Assembly (NCBI GenBank): GCA_963815115.1
Contig: CAWFFN010000005.1
Location: 672,001-736,000, forward strand
Direction of reading: 5' to 3'
DNA: 64,000 bases
DNA from: an uncultured delta proteobacterium
GTDB taxonomy: Bacteria > Desulfobacterota > Binatia > DP-6
The translations under genes were made by a program, and so were the position numbers. This document shows positions 37,151-49,711 of this stretch, piece after piece. Numbering within the stretch: the first letter of the stretch is position 1; each line of letters starts with the position of its first letter. Below the pieces are notes generated by a model. It saw only the letters and a list, made by a program, of their open reading frames with translations, had not been told where the DNA came from and ran no database searches.

Positions 37151-38398
37151 GTGCCCGTCGCTTCGCGCCGTCCCCTCGGCCTGCGCCTGCTGAATGGAGT
37201 CGGTGGCGCCCTGCGGGCTGCCGGCCTGCCCCTCCTGCGTCTCGACGAGGCGTCGCTCCTCGCCGAGGCGTCGCGGCAGACCGGGCTCGACGACTTCGGG
37301 GACGACGGCTTCCGGGATCCGCTGCGGCGGCTTCTCGCGTCGTACGAGTCCGAGGCGAGGTTGACGGTGCTGGGGCGGCTGATCGCCCGGCGCGACGCCG
37401 TGCGCCTCCTCCAGAACCGGCTCCGCCTGGTCGACACGTGGCGGCGCCACCCGGAGATCGCCGCGGAAGAGGTTCACGCGCCCATCGTCATCGTGGGCCT
37501 GCCGCGCACCGGGACGACCGTCCTGCACGGGCTGCTGGCGCAGGACCCCCGGAACCGCGTGCCGATGACGTGGGAGGTGATGCATCCCTGGCCCGCGCCC
37601 GAACGCGCCACGTACGACACCGACCCGCGGATCGCGCAGGTCGAGCGCCACTTCGCCGGCGTCGAGCGCGTCATCCCCGGCTTCGAGTCCATGCACCCGA
37701 TGGGCCCGCTGCTGCCCCAGGAGTGTGTCGCCCTCACCGCGCACGAGTTCGCGACCATGATCTACCATACCGCCAACCGGGTCCCGTCGTATCAGCGCTG
37801 GCTCGACGGTGCGGATATGCGTCCGGTGTACCGTGCGCACCGGCGCTGGCTGCAGTATCTGCAGTGGAGATGTCCGGGCGAGCGGTGGGTGCTCAAGTCA
37901 CCCGGTCACCTGTGGGCGATCGACGCGCTGCTCGGCGAGTACCCCGACGTGCGCATCGTCCAGACGCACCGCGATCCGCTCAAGGTCGTCGCCTCGCTGG
38001 CGAGCCTGGTGACGCTGCTGCGCAGCATGGCGACCGACGAGATCGATCCGCACGAGATCGGCGCCGACTGGACGGAGCGCCTGGCAGAAGGCCTCCGCCG
38101 CGGCATGGCGGCGCGGGCGAACGGCCTGCTGTCGCCGTCGCAGGTGGTCGACGTGCAGTTCCACGACCTGCTGCGCGACGAGATCGCGACGGTTCGGCGG
38201 ATCTACTCCCATTTCGGCCTGACGCTGCCGCCGGACGTCGAGGCGCGGATGCGCGCGTTCCTCGCCGCCAATCCGCGCGAGAAGCACGGCGCGCATCGCT
38301 ATGCGTTCACCGCCGCCGGCCTGGACGAGACGACCGAGCGGGCACGCTACGCGGACTACGAGGCGCGCTTCGCGATCCCGCGCGAAGCCGTCGACTGA
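37151..38398 (+). CDS. Sulfotransferase family protein
   Basis: 5'-PSB loop GLPRTGTT, WVLKSPGHL, THRDP. Confidence 0.92.
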   Translation: MPVASRRPLGLRLLNGVGGALRAAGLPLLRLDEASLLAEASRQTGLDDFGDDGFRDPLRRLLASYESEARLTVLGRLIARRDAVRLLQNRLRLVDTWRRHPEIAAEEVHAPIVIVGLPRTGTTVLHGLLAQDPRNRVPMTWEVMHPWPAPERATYDTDPRIAQVERHFAGVERVIPGFESMHPMGPLLPQECVALTAHEFATMIYHTANRVPSYQRWLDGADMRPVYRAHRRWLQYLQWRCPGERWVLKSPGHLWAIDALLGEYPDVRIVQTHRDPLKVVASLASLVTLLRSMATDEIDPHEIGADWTERLAEGLRRGMAARANGLLSPSQVVDVQFHDLLRDEIATVRRIYSHFGLTLPPDVEARMRAFLAANPREKHGAHRYAFTAAGLDETTERARYADYEARFAIPREAVD

Positions 38399-38402
38399 CC
38401 GG

Positions 38403-39503
38403 CTACTGGCCTCCGCCCCGCAACGTCTCCAGCGACACCACCTCCGAGGCCGGCTGCGGCGGCAGCGCGGCGGCCTGGAGCCAGCGGCAGAAGACGAGCC
38501 CGTCGCGCTGGCCGGCGGTGGAGATCCAGTTCGGGACTCCGGGATCGCGATGCGCCAGCACGACCCGGAAGCCGCCGTCCGCGCCCAGCTCGGCCTGGGC
38601 GTGGTTCAGCGACACGCGGTGGTGGCGATGGTCGAGCGACTGCATGTAGCGGTTCCAGGCCTGGACGCCCCAGTAGGTGCAGGGTGGAATCGTGCCCGAG
38701 ATCACCAGCGCCTGGTCGGGCTCGAGGCGGAAGGCACCGAGCGCATAGACGTTGTCCGGCGTGCCCCAGCCCGGGACGTGCGGACTCCAGGGCATGGGTG
38801 GACCGACGAGGTTGGGGGGGAGCTCCGGGAGCGGGACGACGCTCAGGGTCTCGCGCACGAAGGTCGCCACGGCGCGCAGCCGGCGGGCGAGCGCGGCGTC
38901 GTCGAGCGGCGCGGGCGGCGGCGGCGGGGCGAGCGCCTCGATCCGGAAACGTGACGGCCGCGCGGTGGTGGGATCGAGAAAATACTCCCGGGCGATGACG
39001 CAGACGGCGTCCGGATCGAGACGTGCCCAGTCGGCCGTACCCTCCGGAGGGGGAGAGCGGCTCAGCACGATCTCGAAGCGGCCGTCGGCCGCGAACCTGA
39101 GGTCGCGCTGCGAGACGTTCGTCACCACGCGCTCCGACCATTCGCCGTCCGGCTTGCCGCCGTAGACGCAGAACGCGAGATAGACCCCGTCGCCGCGCAC
39201 ACCGGCGATGCGGTAGGCGCGGTCGCCGCGCACCGGGGCGAAGTGGTAGACGGAGTCGACGTTGTCGCCCAGGATCTTCCGGGTGGGAGACGCGAGCGGC
39301 GTGAAGGCGGGTCGCTCGGCGTCGGCTTCGAGGTAGAGGTCGAAGGCGTAGCCGAGCAGGTGGGTGAGGTGGTGGTAGCCGTCGGCGATTCCCTGCGCAT
39401 CGAGCGGTCCGCGTGGTGGAGCGAGGAACGTCGCGTCGGCCTCGCGCAGGAGCTCGAGGAGGGCGAGCCACGCGCGCCGGCTCTCCGGTTCCGGAGCCGT
39501 CAT
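38403..39503 (-). CDS. DUF1214-like protein
   Basis: GDNVDSVY, YRIAGVRG, DGRFEIVLS, IAREYF, TPDNVY, YWGVQAWNRYMQSLD, HRDPGVPNWISTAG. Confidence 0.82.
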   Translation of the reverse strand: MTAPEPESRRAWLALLELLREADATFLAPPRGPLDAQGIADGYHHLTHLLGYAFDLYLEADAERPAFTPLASPTRKILGDNVDSVYHFAPVRGDRAYRIAGVRGDGVYLAFCVYGGKPDGEWSERVVTNVSQRDLRFAADGRFEIVLSRSPPPEGTADWARLDPDAVCVIAREYFLDPTTARPSRFRIEALAPPPPPAPLDDAALARRLRAVATFVRETLSVVPLPELPPNLVGPPMPWSPHVPGWGTPDNVYALGAFRLEPDQALVISGTIPPCTYWGVQAWNRYMQSLDHRHHRVSLNHAQAELGADGGFRVVLAHRDPGVPNWISTAGQRDGLVFCRWLQAAALPPQPASEVVSLETLRGGGQ

Positions 39504-39991
39504 CGGCCCGGCGTCGGCGTGCAGGTGACCGTGCAGGCCACGCGCGAGAGGCAACACGTCCGGCAGCTGCCGGTCGCGATCGGCGCCGTCCAGCAGTTGG
39601 GTCCCACCGGGTTGAGCGGGGCAGACGTGCCGGCGCGGAGGTCCGACGGCAGCATCAGGAAGAGACTGCTCGGAAGCGGCGTGACCTCGCTCACCGCGCT
39701 CGGGGCATCCGGCTGGTCGCGGTGAAAGTAGGCGAGCACCGAGCGCCGGACGTAGATCAGCTGCGTGTCCAGACGACTCGCCTGCAACACGAAGTCCGGG
39801 TTGCCGTTCTGCGCGACATACGCCTTGATGGTCGGATCGGCGGCGGCCTCGCGCATGACCTCACCGGCGCCGAGATCGCGGGCGTTCAGCAGGATGCCGA
39901 GGTAGCGCGTCGCCGGCGTCGACCGCGAACCGACGCAGGCGGCGGTCGACAGCACCAGACCGGCGACCCAGGCGCTCCCCCGCAGCAGCAC
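39500..39991 (-). CDS. Hypothetical lipoprotein with Cys-rich C-terminus
   Basis: Lipobox-like TAAC; six Cys in the last ~32 aa; its stop overlaps the DUF1214 start. Confidence 0.7.
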   Translation of the reverse strand: MLLRGSAWVAGLVLSTAACVGSRSTPATRYLGILLNARDLGAGEVMREAAADPTIKAYVAQNGNPDFVLQASRLDTQLIYVRRSVLAYFHRDQPDAPSAVSEVTPLPSSLFLMLPSDLRAGTSAPLNPVGPNCWTAPIATGSCRTCCLSRVACTVTCTPTPGR

Positions 39992-40005
39992 GCATCAGAC
40001 CTGCC

Positions 40006-40413
40006 TCAACTCGACCGGTCCGGGCAAGCCCCGGGATGCACCGGAAACTCGAGCGCGCGGGCTGCCCGAACGAGCCTGTCGTCGTAGCTTGCCAGCGTGA
40101 TACGGTCGCCCCGGTCGCGGAGGAAGCTCATGGTCGCGAGGTGGAGCGCATCGAGCGTTCGGACCGCCATCGGAAACGGTTCTGTCGCCCGCGCGAGCAC
40201 CACCGGGCTCAGCTCCACGATCGACACGACGCCAAGCAGCTGCCGGACCTCCTCGGCGTGGCTTCGCCCGAGGCCCCTGGCATTGATCCGAGTCCACAGC
40301 TCGTACTCGAGCAGTCGGCTCGAAACGAGCAGCTCCGCCCAGAGCGCAGGCTCGGGCGCACGCGTCTCACCGAGGAGGTGAGCCAGGGCAACGGAGGTGT
40401 CGAGGTAGGTCAC
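40006..40413 (-). CDS. vapC: PIN-domain toxin, VapC family
   Basis: YLDTSVAL, SSRLLEYE, RTLDALHLAT, ASYDDRL. Confidence 0.9.
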   Translation of the reverse strand: MTYLDTSVALAHLLGETRAPEPALWAELLVSSRLLEYELWTRINARGLGRSHAEEVRQLLGVVSIVELSPVVLARATEPFPMAVRTLDALHLATMSFLRDRGDRITLASYDDRLVRAARALEFPVHPGACPDRSS

Positions 40414-40700
40414 CGGTCGGCGCGATCGCGATCGAGCTCGCGAAGGATGGTCTCGGTGGTCGCCACAGGCTTGCGCGGAGGCACCGTACCCCGCGGCGCG
40501 AGAGGCGGCCGGAGGACGCCGTCCCGGAGGAGCGCTGCAAGATGAACATCCGTGACGGAGTCGCCCCGCCCGGCCGCGGGCGGGCTGATCTCGGCGACGA
40601 CGCGGTCGCGATCGGTGACCAACACCGTCTCCCCTCGGGCGACGAGCCGAATGTACTCACTCAGCTTGTTCTTCAGCACCTTGAGACCGACCGCGCGCAT
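40410..40700 (-). CDS. Phd/YefM-family antitoxin
   Basis: MRAVGLKVLKNKLSEYIRLVARGETVLVTDRDRVVAEI; ELDRDRADR end with GTGA overlap. Confidence 0.9.
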   Translation of the reverse strand: MRAVGLKVLKNKLSEYIRLVARGETVLVTDRDRVVAEISPPAAGRGDSVTDVHLAALLRDGVLRPPLAPRGTVPPRKPVATTETILRELDRDRADR

Positions 40701-40737
40701 GACCATGAAGGTAGCTCCCGGAAGCTACCGTGGTCAA
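40701..40737 (-). promoter_or_regulatory. Putative TA promoter (TTGACC-N18-TACCTT) with operator inverted repeat GGTAGCT-N6-AGCTACC
   Basis: Inverted repeat at 40710-40729 overlapping the spacer and -10; GACCA/TGGTC outer arms. Confidence 0.6.
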
Positions 40738-41138
40738 CCGCGCGGCCGGCGTGACGGGTGGGGCGCTCCGGATCGGCGCGCTCGAGCCGGATATCAACGC
40801 CTGCCGGAGCGCTCGTCGAACCGGCGGGAAGCGAACCGGGTGTCATGTGGGGCGCGATCCTCGAGCGCGCCATCGCGGGCGGTCTCCGAGGAGTCGCGGA
40901 GGTGAACGGCGAGAGGATTCGGAAGAGCGCATCCGATAGCAGCGCTCTGGTCGGTGCCATCTGGAGCGTGGCGGCGCCCGCCCCGCTCCACGAGCGGCTT
41001 CACCTTCGACTTCCCCTGGGAGAGGGCGCGCAACGAGGACAGACAACCATGGCTGCGACCGTGACCCTGCGCGCCGCTACCGCGACCCCGTCGGCAGCGT
41101 TGACACACGATCCCGCGTCGCGTTGAAGGAGCCCTCCC

Positions 41139-42795
<1,657 letters not shown>

Positions 42796-42821
<26 letters not shown>

Positions 42822-45522
42822 CGAGTGGGCCGATCCGCATGCGGCCCTCCACGACGATCGCCCCGCGGCCCGGCTCCAGCACCTTCACCGGGTTCAGCTC
42901 CAGCTCGTGCAGCTCCGGGACGACCTCGACGAGGGCCGAGACACGCTGGATGACCGAAACCAGCGCCGGCCGGTCGCCCGGCGGTGCCCCGCGGTATCCC
43001 GCGAGGAGGCGGGCGGCCCGCAGCTTCGAGAGCATCTCCTCGGCATCCAGATCGGTCACCGGCGGCGGCCGGCAGCTCATGTCGCGCAGCAGCTCGACGA
43101 GCACGCCGCCGAGCCCGCACACCACCAGCGGGCCGAAGGTGGGGTCGCCGGTGACGCCGACGAGCGCCTCGATGCCCCCCTCGACCTGGCGCTGGAGCAG
43201 CACGCCGTCGAGGCGGTAGCCGGCGGCGTCCAGGCGCGCGCCGAGCCGTTCCACCGCCGCGGCCAGCGCCTCGGGGGTCTCGATGCCGAGCTCCACCCCG
43301 TCCACGTCGCGCTTGCGGAAAAGCTCGGGCGCGATGGCCTTGGCCACCAGCGGGTAGCCGATGCGGTGCGCGGCGGCGACGGCGCCCTCGCGCGTGGTGC
43401 GGACGATCTCCGCGAACTCGATGCCGGCCGCCCGCAGCATCGTGGCGAGGTCCTCGGGCTCGAGCCACACCGGGCCGTCGGCTCCCGCGAGCACGCGCTC
43501 GACGACCGCACGGATCGCGTCGCGCGGGAAGCGGCCGAGGCTCAGCGGGACGCCGGGGGCGCGCTGCCGCCAGCGCCCCCAGCGTACGGCGGCGGCGAGT
43601 GCCTCGGCGGCGTTCTCGGGGAAGCTGTACGAGGGGATCGCCCCTCGCGGCCCGCTGCCGAGCAGCGCCGGAGCGCCGCGCGTGGACAGGAAGACCGCGA
43701 GCACCGGCTTCTCCGCGGGCACGGCCGCGGCGCCGCGCGCGATGGCGAGGGCGACGTCCTCTGGACGGGTCACCATGGGCGGCACGTAGATCACGACCAG
43801 CGCGTCGACCGCAGGATCGGCGCCCAGCGCGGCGATGGCGCGCTCGTAGTGCTCCGGGGCGCCCGCGGCGAGCAGGTCGAGCGGATTCGCGAGCCGCGCG
43901 ATCGGTGCGAGGACGTCCCGCAACGCTTCGAGGGTGGCGGGCGCCGGCGGCGGCAGGACGAGCCCGCGGGCCTCGCAGGCGCCGGCGAGCAGCGCACCGG
44001 GGCCGCCGGCATTGGTGACCACGCCGACGCGGTTACCCGGCGGCACCGGCTGCGTGGCGAGCAGCGCGGCGACGTCGACCATGCCTTCGAGCGTCGCCGT
44101 GCGGATCACACCGGCGTGCTCGAAGAGCGCGTCGATCCCGACGTCGAGGCTGTCGAGTGCGGTGGAATGGTCCCGTGCCGGCCGCGTGCCGGCACCCGAG
44201 CGTCCCGATCTGACGGCGACGATCGGCTTCACCCGCGCCACCTCGGGCGCGAGGCGGGCGAACGTGCGCGGGTTCCCGAAGCTGTCGAGGTAGAGCAGCA
44301 CGACCCGCGTGCGCGGGTCCTCGGCCCAGTACGCCAGCAGGTCGTTGCTCGAGACGTCGGCGCGGTTGCCGGCCGACACGAACGTGGACACGCCGAGATT
44401 CAAGCTGTGGAAATGGTCCAGGATGGCGATCCCGAGCGTGCCGCTCTGCGACAGCATGCCGACCGAGCCCGGCGCGGGCCACGCCGCGGCGAAGGTGGCG
44501 TTCAGCGACACCGCCGGGTCCGTGTTGAGGACCCCGAGGCAGTTCGGACCCACGAGCCGCATGCCGGAGCTGCGCACCAGCTCGACCAGCTCGCGCTGGG
44601 CCAGGAGGCCGGCGGCCGACGCCTCGCCGAACCCGGCCGAGACCACGACGACGCCGCGCACGCCGGCACGGGCGCAGTCGCGTACCACGTCGAGCACCGC
44701 GGCGGCGGGCACGGCGATCACCGCGAGATCGACGCGCTCGCCGATGGCGCCCACGCTCGCCCAGCAGCGCAGGCCGTCCACCATGTCGGCGTGCGGGTTC
44801 ACCGGATAGATGGCCCCGGTGAAGCCCGCGCGGCGCAGGTTGCGCAGCAGCGTGCTGCCGATGGTGCCCGCGTGCCGCGACGCGCCCACCAGCGCCACGG
44901 CTCGCGGCCGGAGGATGGCGTCCAGGCTGCGGGCGGCGGCGAAGCGCTCGCGCCGTTCCGTCGCGGCCGCGTGCTCCTCCGTCTCCTCGGTCGGAAAGGT
45001 GACGTGGAACACGCCATCCGCGATCGAGCGCTTCACGCGGAAGCCGCTGCTCGCGAAGACGCGGAGCATGCGGTTGTTCTCGCCCAGCACGTCGGCCTCG
45101 AACTCCGCGATGCCGTTTGCCCGCGCGATGATCGCGAGGTGCGCGAGGAGGAGCGTGCCGAGGCCGCGCCCCTGAAAGACGTCGCCCACCGTGAACGCCA
45201 CCTCGGCACGGTGCGGGGGACGGGGCGAGTCATCCGTCACCGCGTAGCGCGCGACGGCGATGATCCGCTCGTCGCTGCCGACGCGCAGCGTGGTCACCAG
45301 GGCTGCGCGGCGGGCGAAGTCGAGCTCGGTGAACGCGGTCAGCTCTGCGTCGGTGAGCCGCCGCTTGGCCCGGAAGAACCGGAAGTAGACCGCCTCGGGG
45401 CTGAGCTCGGCAAAGCCACGGGCCAGCTCGGCGCGATCCCCCGGCCAGATGGCGCGCACGTGGACCGAGGTGCCGTCCCGCAGGATGACGTCGGCGGCGT
45501 AGTCCCTCCAGGGATCGGCCAT
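42796..45522 (-). CDS. GNAT plus NDP-forming acyl-CoA synthetase-like protein (Pat/Pka protein lysine acetyltransferase type)
   Basis: N-terminal GNAT ([24 protein letters not shown]) followed by CoA-binding, ligase and ATP-grasp-like domains. Confidence 0.9.
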
Positions 45523-45616
45523 CGGGTGCGCCGGATCATAGGGGGCTTCCTCGCTCCGGTCATCCGGGCACGGTGGCGAACGACCCGCGGAGCCGGCTAC
45601 AACCTGCGCCGCGGAC

Positions 45617-46141
45617 ATGTGGTACTTCGCGTACGGCTCGAACATGCAGAGCGACACGCTGCGAGGCCGGCGTGGGATCGGCTACCGGCGCGCGATCGGC
45701 GTCCGCGCTCCCGGCTGGCGTGTGGTGTTCGACAAGCCGCCGCTGTTCCCGATCGGAGAGGCCTTCGCCAACATCGTCGCCGAGCCCGGCACCGCGGCGC
45801 TCGGCGTCGCCTTCGAGGTGAGCGCGGACGAGCTGGCGCACGTCGAGCTGTCCGAGGGCGTGACGCTCGGGAACTATCACCGCGTGCTGCTCGAGGTCGA
45901 GCCGCTCGCGCCCGTCCCAGACCCGCCGCGGACGGCGGTCTCGCTCACCTCGGAGCGCCGTGATCCGACGCTGCGGCCGTCGACGCGCTACATGGCGCTG
46001 GTGGTCGCGGGTGCACACGAGCACGGCCTGCCGCCCGAGTACGTGGACGAGCTGCGCGCGGTTCCCGCCAACCAGCCGACCGAGGTCGCGCTCGCGTTCC
46101 GGCCGCTGCTGGATGCCGGCCTGCGCCGGTGGCGGCGCTAG
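45617..46141 (+). CDS. Gamma-glutamylcyclotransferase family protein
   Basis: YFAYGSNM, ANIV, EGV, PSTRYM, GAHEHGLPPEY. Confidence 0.9.
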   Translation: MWYFAYGSNMQSDTLRGRRGIGYRRAIGVRAPGWRVVFDKPPLFPIGEAFANIVAEPGTAALGVAFEVSADELAHVELSEGVTLGNYHRVLLEVEPLAPVPDPPRTAVSLTSERRDPTLRPSTRYMALVVAGAHEHGLPPEYVDELRAVPANQPTEVALAFRPLLDAGLRRWRR

Positions 46142-48321
46142 GAAGCCGCACCGGCACGCCGACGTCGGTGCACGACGAACCCGATCAGCGCGCCGAGCGT
46201 GACGAGCGACAGCGCCGCCCCCACCCGGAGGCTCGCCGGGGCGTAGGAGAACTCCACCACGTGGTCGCCCGGCTCGAGCGCAACGCCCCGGAAGAGGTAG
46301 TCGGCGCGTAGCACGGGGCGCTTCTCGCCGTCGACCGTGACCCGCCATCCGGGCCAGTGGAGGTCGGCGAGGACCAGCACGGCTGGGCGTGGCGACTGCA
46401 CGCGCAGGCGCGCCCGCTCCGGCGACAGCTCCTGCCAGGCGATTGCCTCGGCCGCTGGCGCGGCGCCATCGGAGCGCCACTCGATCTCGCGGTCGACGAG
46501 AACGAGCGTCCGGGGATCGAAGTCGCCCTGCCGTACCCTGGCGAGCGCGGTGTCGGGGTCGCGAACGACCTCGTGTCGGGGAACGAGATAGGCGCGGGGC
46601 AGGCTCCGCAGGTTCTCCCACACGCGCATCGTCCCGGCATCGGCGACCAGTCGCAGGCGCGGCGCGATGCGGACCGGCCACTGGTGTGCTGCACCGGCGA
46701 CGATCCAGCGGGTGGCGAGCATGTCGAGGCTGCGCCAGCCCGCCTCGGTGATCGGGGGAAGAAAGCGGCCCCCGAACATGGTGGGATCGATCTGCGTGAG
46801 ATTCATGGCGGCGAGGAAGCGTTCGTACTCGCGCGGGAGCAGCGAATCCTGATCCTGCACGACGGGATAGCGATAGAGCGAGCCCGACTTCTCCATGGTG
46901 AGAAAGCGCTCGGCCATGTTCTTGACGATCAGCGTGCGCTCCTCGCCGCCTTGCTCCCGGAGAACCGACACGAACGGAGGCGCGGCGAAGAACGACCGCG
47001 GGTTGTTCTGCGGGATCATCATCTGACTGCCCGGCTGCGCGAAGCGCTCGACCGCGGCGAGGCCGACCAGCGCGACGGCCGCGACGGCGCCCGCGCGCCG
47101 CCCGGGCAGGAGCGGCAGCGCCACGATGGCCGCCAGCACGAGGAGGGCCGTGCGGCCAGGGCTGGCAAAGCGGATCCATCCGAGCGCGACGACCAGCATG
47201 CACGCAGCCGCGGTCACTCTCCGGACGATGGAGCGCCGCGCGGTCGCCCGCAGCACGTCGAGCCCGACGGCGGCGAGTACTGCCGCAATGGCCGCCGCGA
47301 TGATGATCGTGCGGCTGACGACCCGGAACCGGGCGACGCCGGGCAGGTGGAAGAACCCTCGCGTGTAGAGGGGCGTGCCGAAGCCGACGAGGAGGCAGAG
47401 CACGACGACCACGAGGGCCGGAATCACGATCGCGCGACGGGATGAATCGGCGAGAGCGGCGAGGGCCAGGATGATCGCCGGCCCGCAGCTCACCGCGACC
47501 AGGAGGGTGAACGCCCACGCGGGCTCGCCGGGAATCGTCTCCGCGAGCGTCAGCGGACCGCGCGCGGCGTGCCCCATCAGCTCGAGGGTCGGGAGCAGCT
47601 GCACCGCCGAGACCAGGAGCGCGACCAGCCCGGCCAGCGCCAGGCAGCCTGCCACGGTCGCCAGATGGCGCAGCTCGCGGGGCTTGCGCGATGCGATGTG
47701 GACCAACGCTCCCGCGAGCACCGCGTAGGCCGTGTAGCAGACGATCTGCGGATGGCCGGTGAGCAGCTGGAGCGCCGTCACGCCCCCGAGCGCGAGCGCT
47801 CCCGCGACGGTCGGGCGATGGATGACGCGGGCTGCGCACAGGAGCACCGCCGGGATCCACGCATGCCCGGCGAGGTACGACGGGTGGATGCGCGAGAAGA
47901 GCAGCATGTCGTTCAGCATGAAGAGGATCGCCGCGAGCACGGCCGCGGCGCGCGACAGCGCGAGCGCCCGCGCGGCCGCGAAGGTGAAGCAGCCCGCCAG
48001 GCCGAGGTGAAAGGCGCACAGCCAGCCCAGGGCCAGATTCACGGGCAGGATCGCGGCGATGAGGTTCGGGGGATAGAGCGGGCCGCCGTTCCAGCTCGCC
48101 AGGGCGGGCATGCCGGCGAGCTGATACGGGTTCCAGCGCGGCAAGAGCTCCGCGGAGTGGTACAGGTACGAGAAGACCGGGTAGTAGATCGTGTAGAGAT
48201 CGCTGTTCCAGAGGTCGATCCCCTTGGGGAGATGGACCGGGCCGACGATCCGCCACTGCCAGAAGGCGAACGCCGTGGCGAAGATCAGGCCCGCGAGGAC
48301 GATCGACGCGCGGCGCGCCAT
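46138..48321 (-). CDS. YfhO-like GT-C membrane protein
   Basis: PRWNPYQLAGMP, LYPP, GHPQ, QLLP, PRAY, PGWRVTVDG, ADYLFRGV, GDHVVEFSY. Confidence 0.85.
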   Translation of the reverse strand: MARRASIVLAGLIFATAFAFWQWRIVGPVHLPKGIDLWNSDLYTIYYPVFSYLYHSAELLPRWNPYQLAGMPALASWNGGPLYPPNLIAAILPVNLALGWLCAFHLGLAGCFTFAAARALALSRAAAVLAAILFMLNDMLLFSRIHPSYLAGHAWIPAVLLCAARVIHRPTVAGALALGGVTALQLLTGHPQIVCYTAYAVLAGALVHIASRKPRELRHLATVAGCLALAGLVALLVSAVQLLPTLELMGHAARGPLTLAETIPGEPAWAFTLLVAVSCGPAIILALAALADSSRRAIVIPALVVVVLCLLVGFGTPLYTRGFFHLPGVARFRVVSRTIIIAAAIAAVLAAVGLDVLRATARRSIVRRVTAAACMLVVALGWIRFASPGRTALLVLAAIVALPLLPGRRAGAVAAVALVGLAAVERFAQPGSQMMIPQNNPRSFFAAPPFVSVLREQGGEERTLIVKNMAERFLTMEKSGSLYRYPVVQDQDSLLPREYERFLAAMNLTQIDPTMFGGRFLPPITEAGWRSLDMLATRWIVAGAAHQWPVRIAPRLRLVADAGTMRVWENLRSLPRAYLVPRHEVVRDPDTALARVRQGDFDPRTLVLVDREIEWRSDGAAPAAEAIAWQELSPERARLRVQSPRPAVLVLADLHWPGWRVTVDGEKRPVLRADYLFRGVALEPGDHVVEFSYAPASLRVGAALSLVTLGALIGFVVHRRRRAGAAS

Positions 48322-48333
48322 TGCGAGTGCGCG

Positions 48334-49599
48334 TCAGCCGCCGTCGAGGGCGCGCTCGAAGGCCGCTCGCTCCCGCGGGTCGAAGGGCGGGCTCGGCGGC
48401 GTGTCGTCGTGGCGGTCGTCGAGGTAGCCCGCCGGGAGCTGCACGCGCCGCTGCGCCCGGGCGTCCTTCACGCGATTCGAGCGCATGGTGACCGTAGGAA
48501 ACGGCTCCTCGGGATCGACACGGCCGACGATGGCCAGCATCTCCTCGACGCTCTCGATGGAGACCAGCGCGCCGCGCACCGCCGCCGAGTTCTGGAATCC
48601 CGCGGTGTACCAGGCGCACCACTTGCGCATCTGGCGGATGCCGTTCAGCGGACCGAAGAAATCGACGAGCAGCTCGGCGTGGCGCCGCATGAGGGCGGCG
48701 ATGTCGCCGAAGCGCGGCTGCGGGGCCGGCTCGCGCCCGTCGAACACCGCGGCTAGCTCGGCGAACAGCCACGGCCGCCGCAGGCAGCCCCGGCCGACGA
48801 TGACGCCGTCGCAGCCGGTGGCGCGCAGCATGCGCAGCGCGTCCCAGCACTCCCACACGTCGCCGTTGCCGAGCACGGGGATCGACACCGCGGCCTTGAG
48901 CGCGCCGATGGCGTCCCAGTCGGCCTCGCCGGAGTAGAGCTGGGCCGCGGTGCGCGCGTGCAGTCCGATGGCGACGGCGCCCTCCGCCTCGGCGACGCGG
49001 CCGGAGTCGAGGAACGTGAGCAAGCGGTCGTCGATGCCCTTGCGCACCTTGACCGTGACCGGCACCTGTCCGGCGCCCCGTACCGTCGCGGCGACCAGCC
49101 GGGCCATCAAGCGAGAGCGCAGCGGGATCGCGCTCCCGCCGCCGTGCCGCGTCACCTTGGGCACCGGGCAGCCGAAGTTGAGGTCGAGGTGCTCGACGCC
49201 CTCGGCGACCAGCAGGCGCGCGGTCTCCTCGAGGTCGGACGGATTGCTGCCGTAGAGCTGCACCGAGCGCGGGCGCTCGCCCGGGCGGCTCGAGGCGAGC
49301 AGGCGCGTCATGTGGTTGCCTTCCAGGAAGCCGCGCGCGGTGATCATCTCGGAGACGTAGAGGCCGGCGCCGAACTCGCGGCAGAGCGTGCGGAACGGGT
49401 AGTTGGTGACGCCCGCCATGGGCGCCAGCACGACGGGAGGCCAGATGCCGAGCGAGCCCAGCGCGAGCGGGCGGAACTCACCGGGCCGTGCGACGGGCAC
49501 GTCGCGGTTGCGCGGCGTCGCGTCCCGGCCGGCGGTCCCGGGTGCCCGGTCGGGCCCGGGAATGATCGGCGAACGCTGCTCGACGGGTGCGACTTTCAC
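48334..49599 (-). CDS. dusB: tRNA-dihydrouridine synthase B
   Basis: LAPMAGVT, DLNFGCPVPKV, KVRKG, HARTAAQLYSG, GNGD, GRG. Start approximate. Confidence 0.92.
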   Translation of the reverse strand: MKVAPVEQRSPIIPGPDRAPGTAGRDATPRNRDVPVARPGEFRPLALGSLGIWPPVVLAPMAGVTNYPFRTLCREFGAGLYVSEMITARGFLEGNHMTRLLASSRPGERPRSVQLYGSNPSDLEETARLLVAEGVEHLDLNFGCPVPKVTRHGGGSAIPLRSRLMARLVAATVRGAGQVPVTVKVRKGIDDRLLTFLDSGRVAEAEGAVAIGLHARTAAQLYSGEADWDAIGALKAAVSIPVLGNGDVWECWDALRMLRATGCDGVIVGRGCLRRPWLFAELAAVFDGREPAPQPRFGDIAALMRRHAELLVDFFGPLNGIRQMRKWCAWYTAGFQNSAAVRGALVSIESVEEMLAIVGRVDPEEPFPTVTMRSNRVKDARAQRRVQLPAGYLDDRHDDTPPSPPFDPRERAAFERALDGG

Positions 49600-49711
49600 G
49601 CTGTCTCCGAGGGACCTCTGTCTAGCCGACGGCCGTCGAGTTGTCATGTCGCGTCGGCAAAGCCACCGGCGGCGTGGTTCCTCCCGGGACCGCACCTGCT
49701 AAAACGACGCG

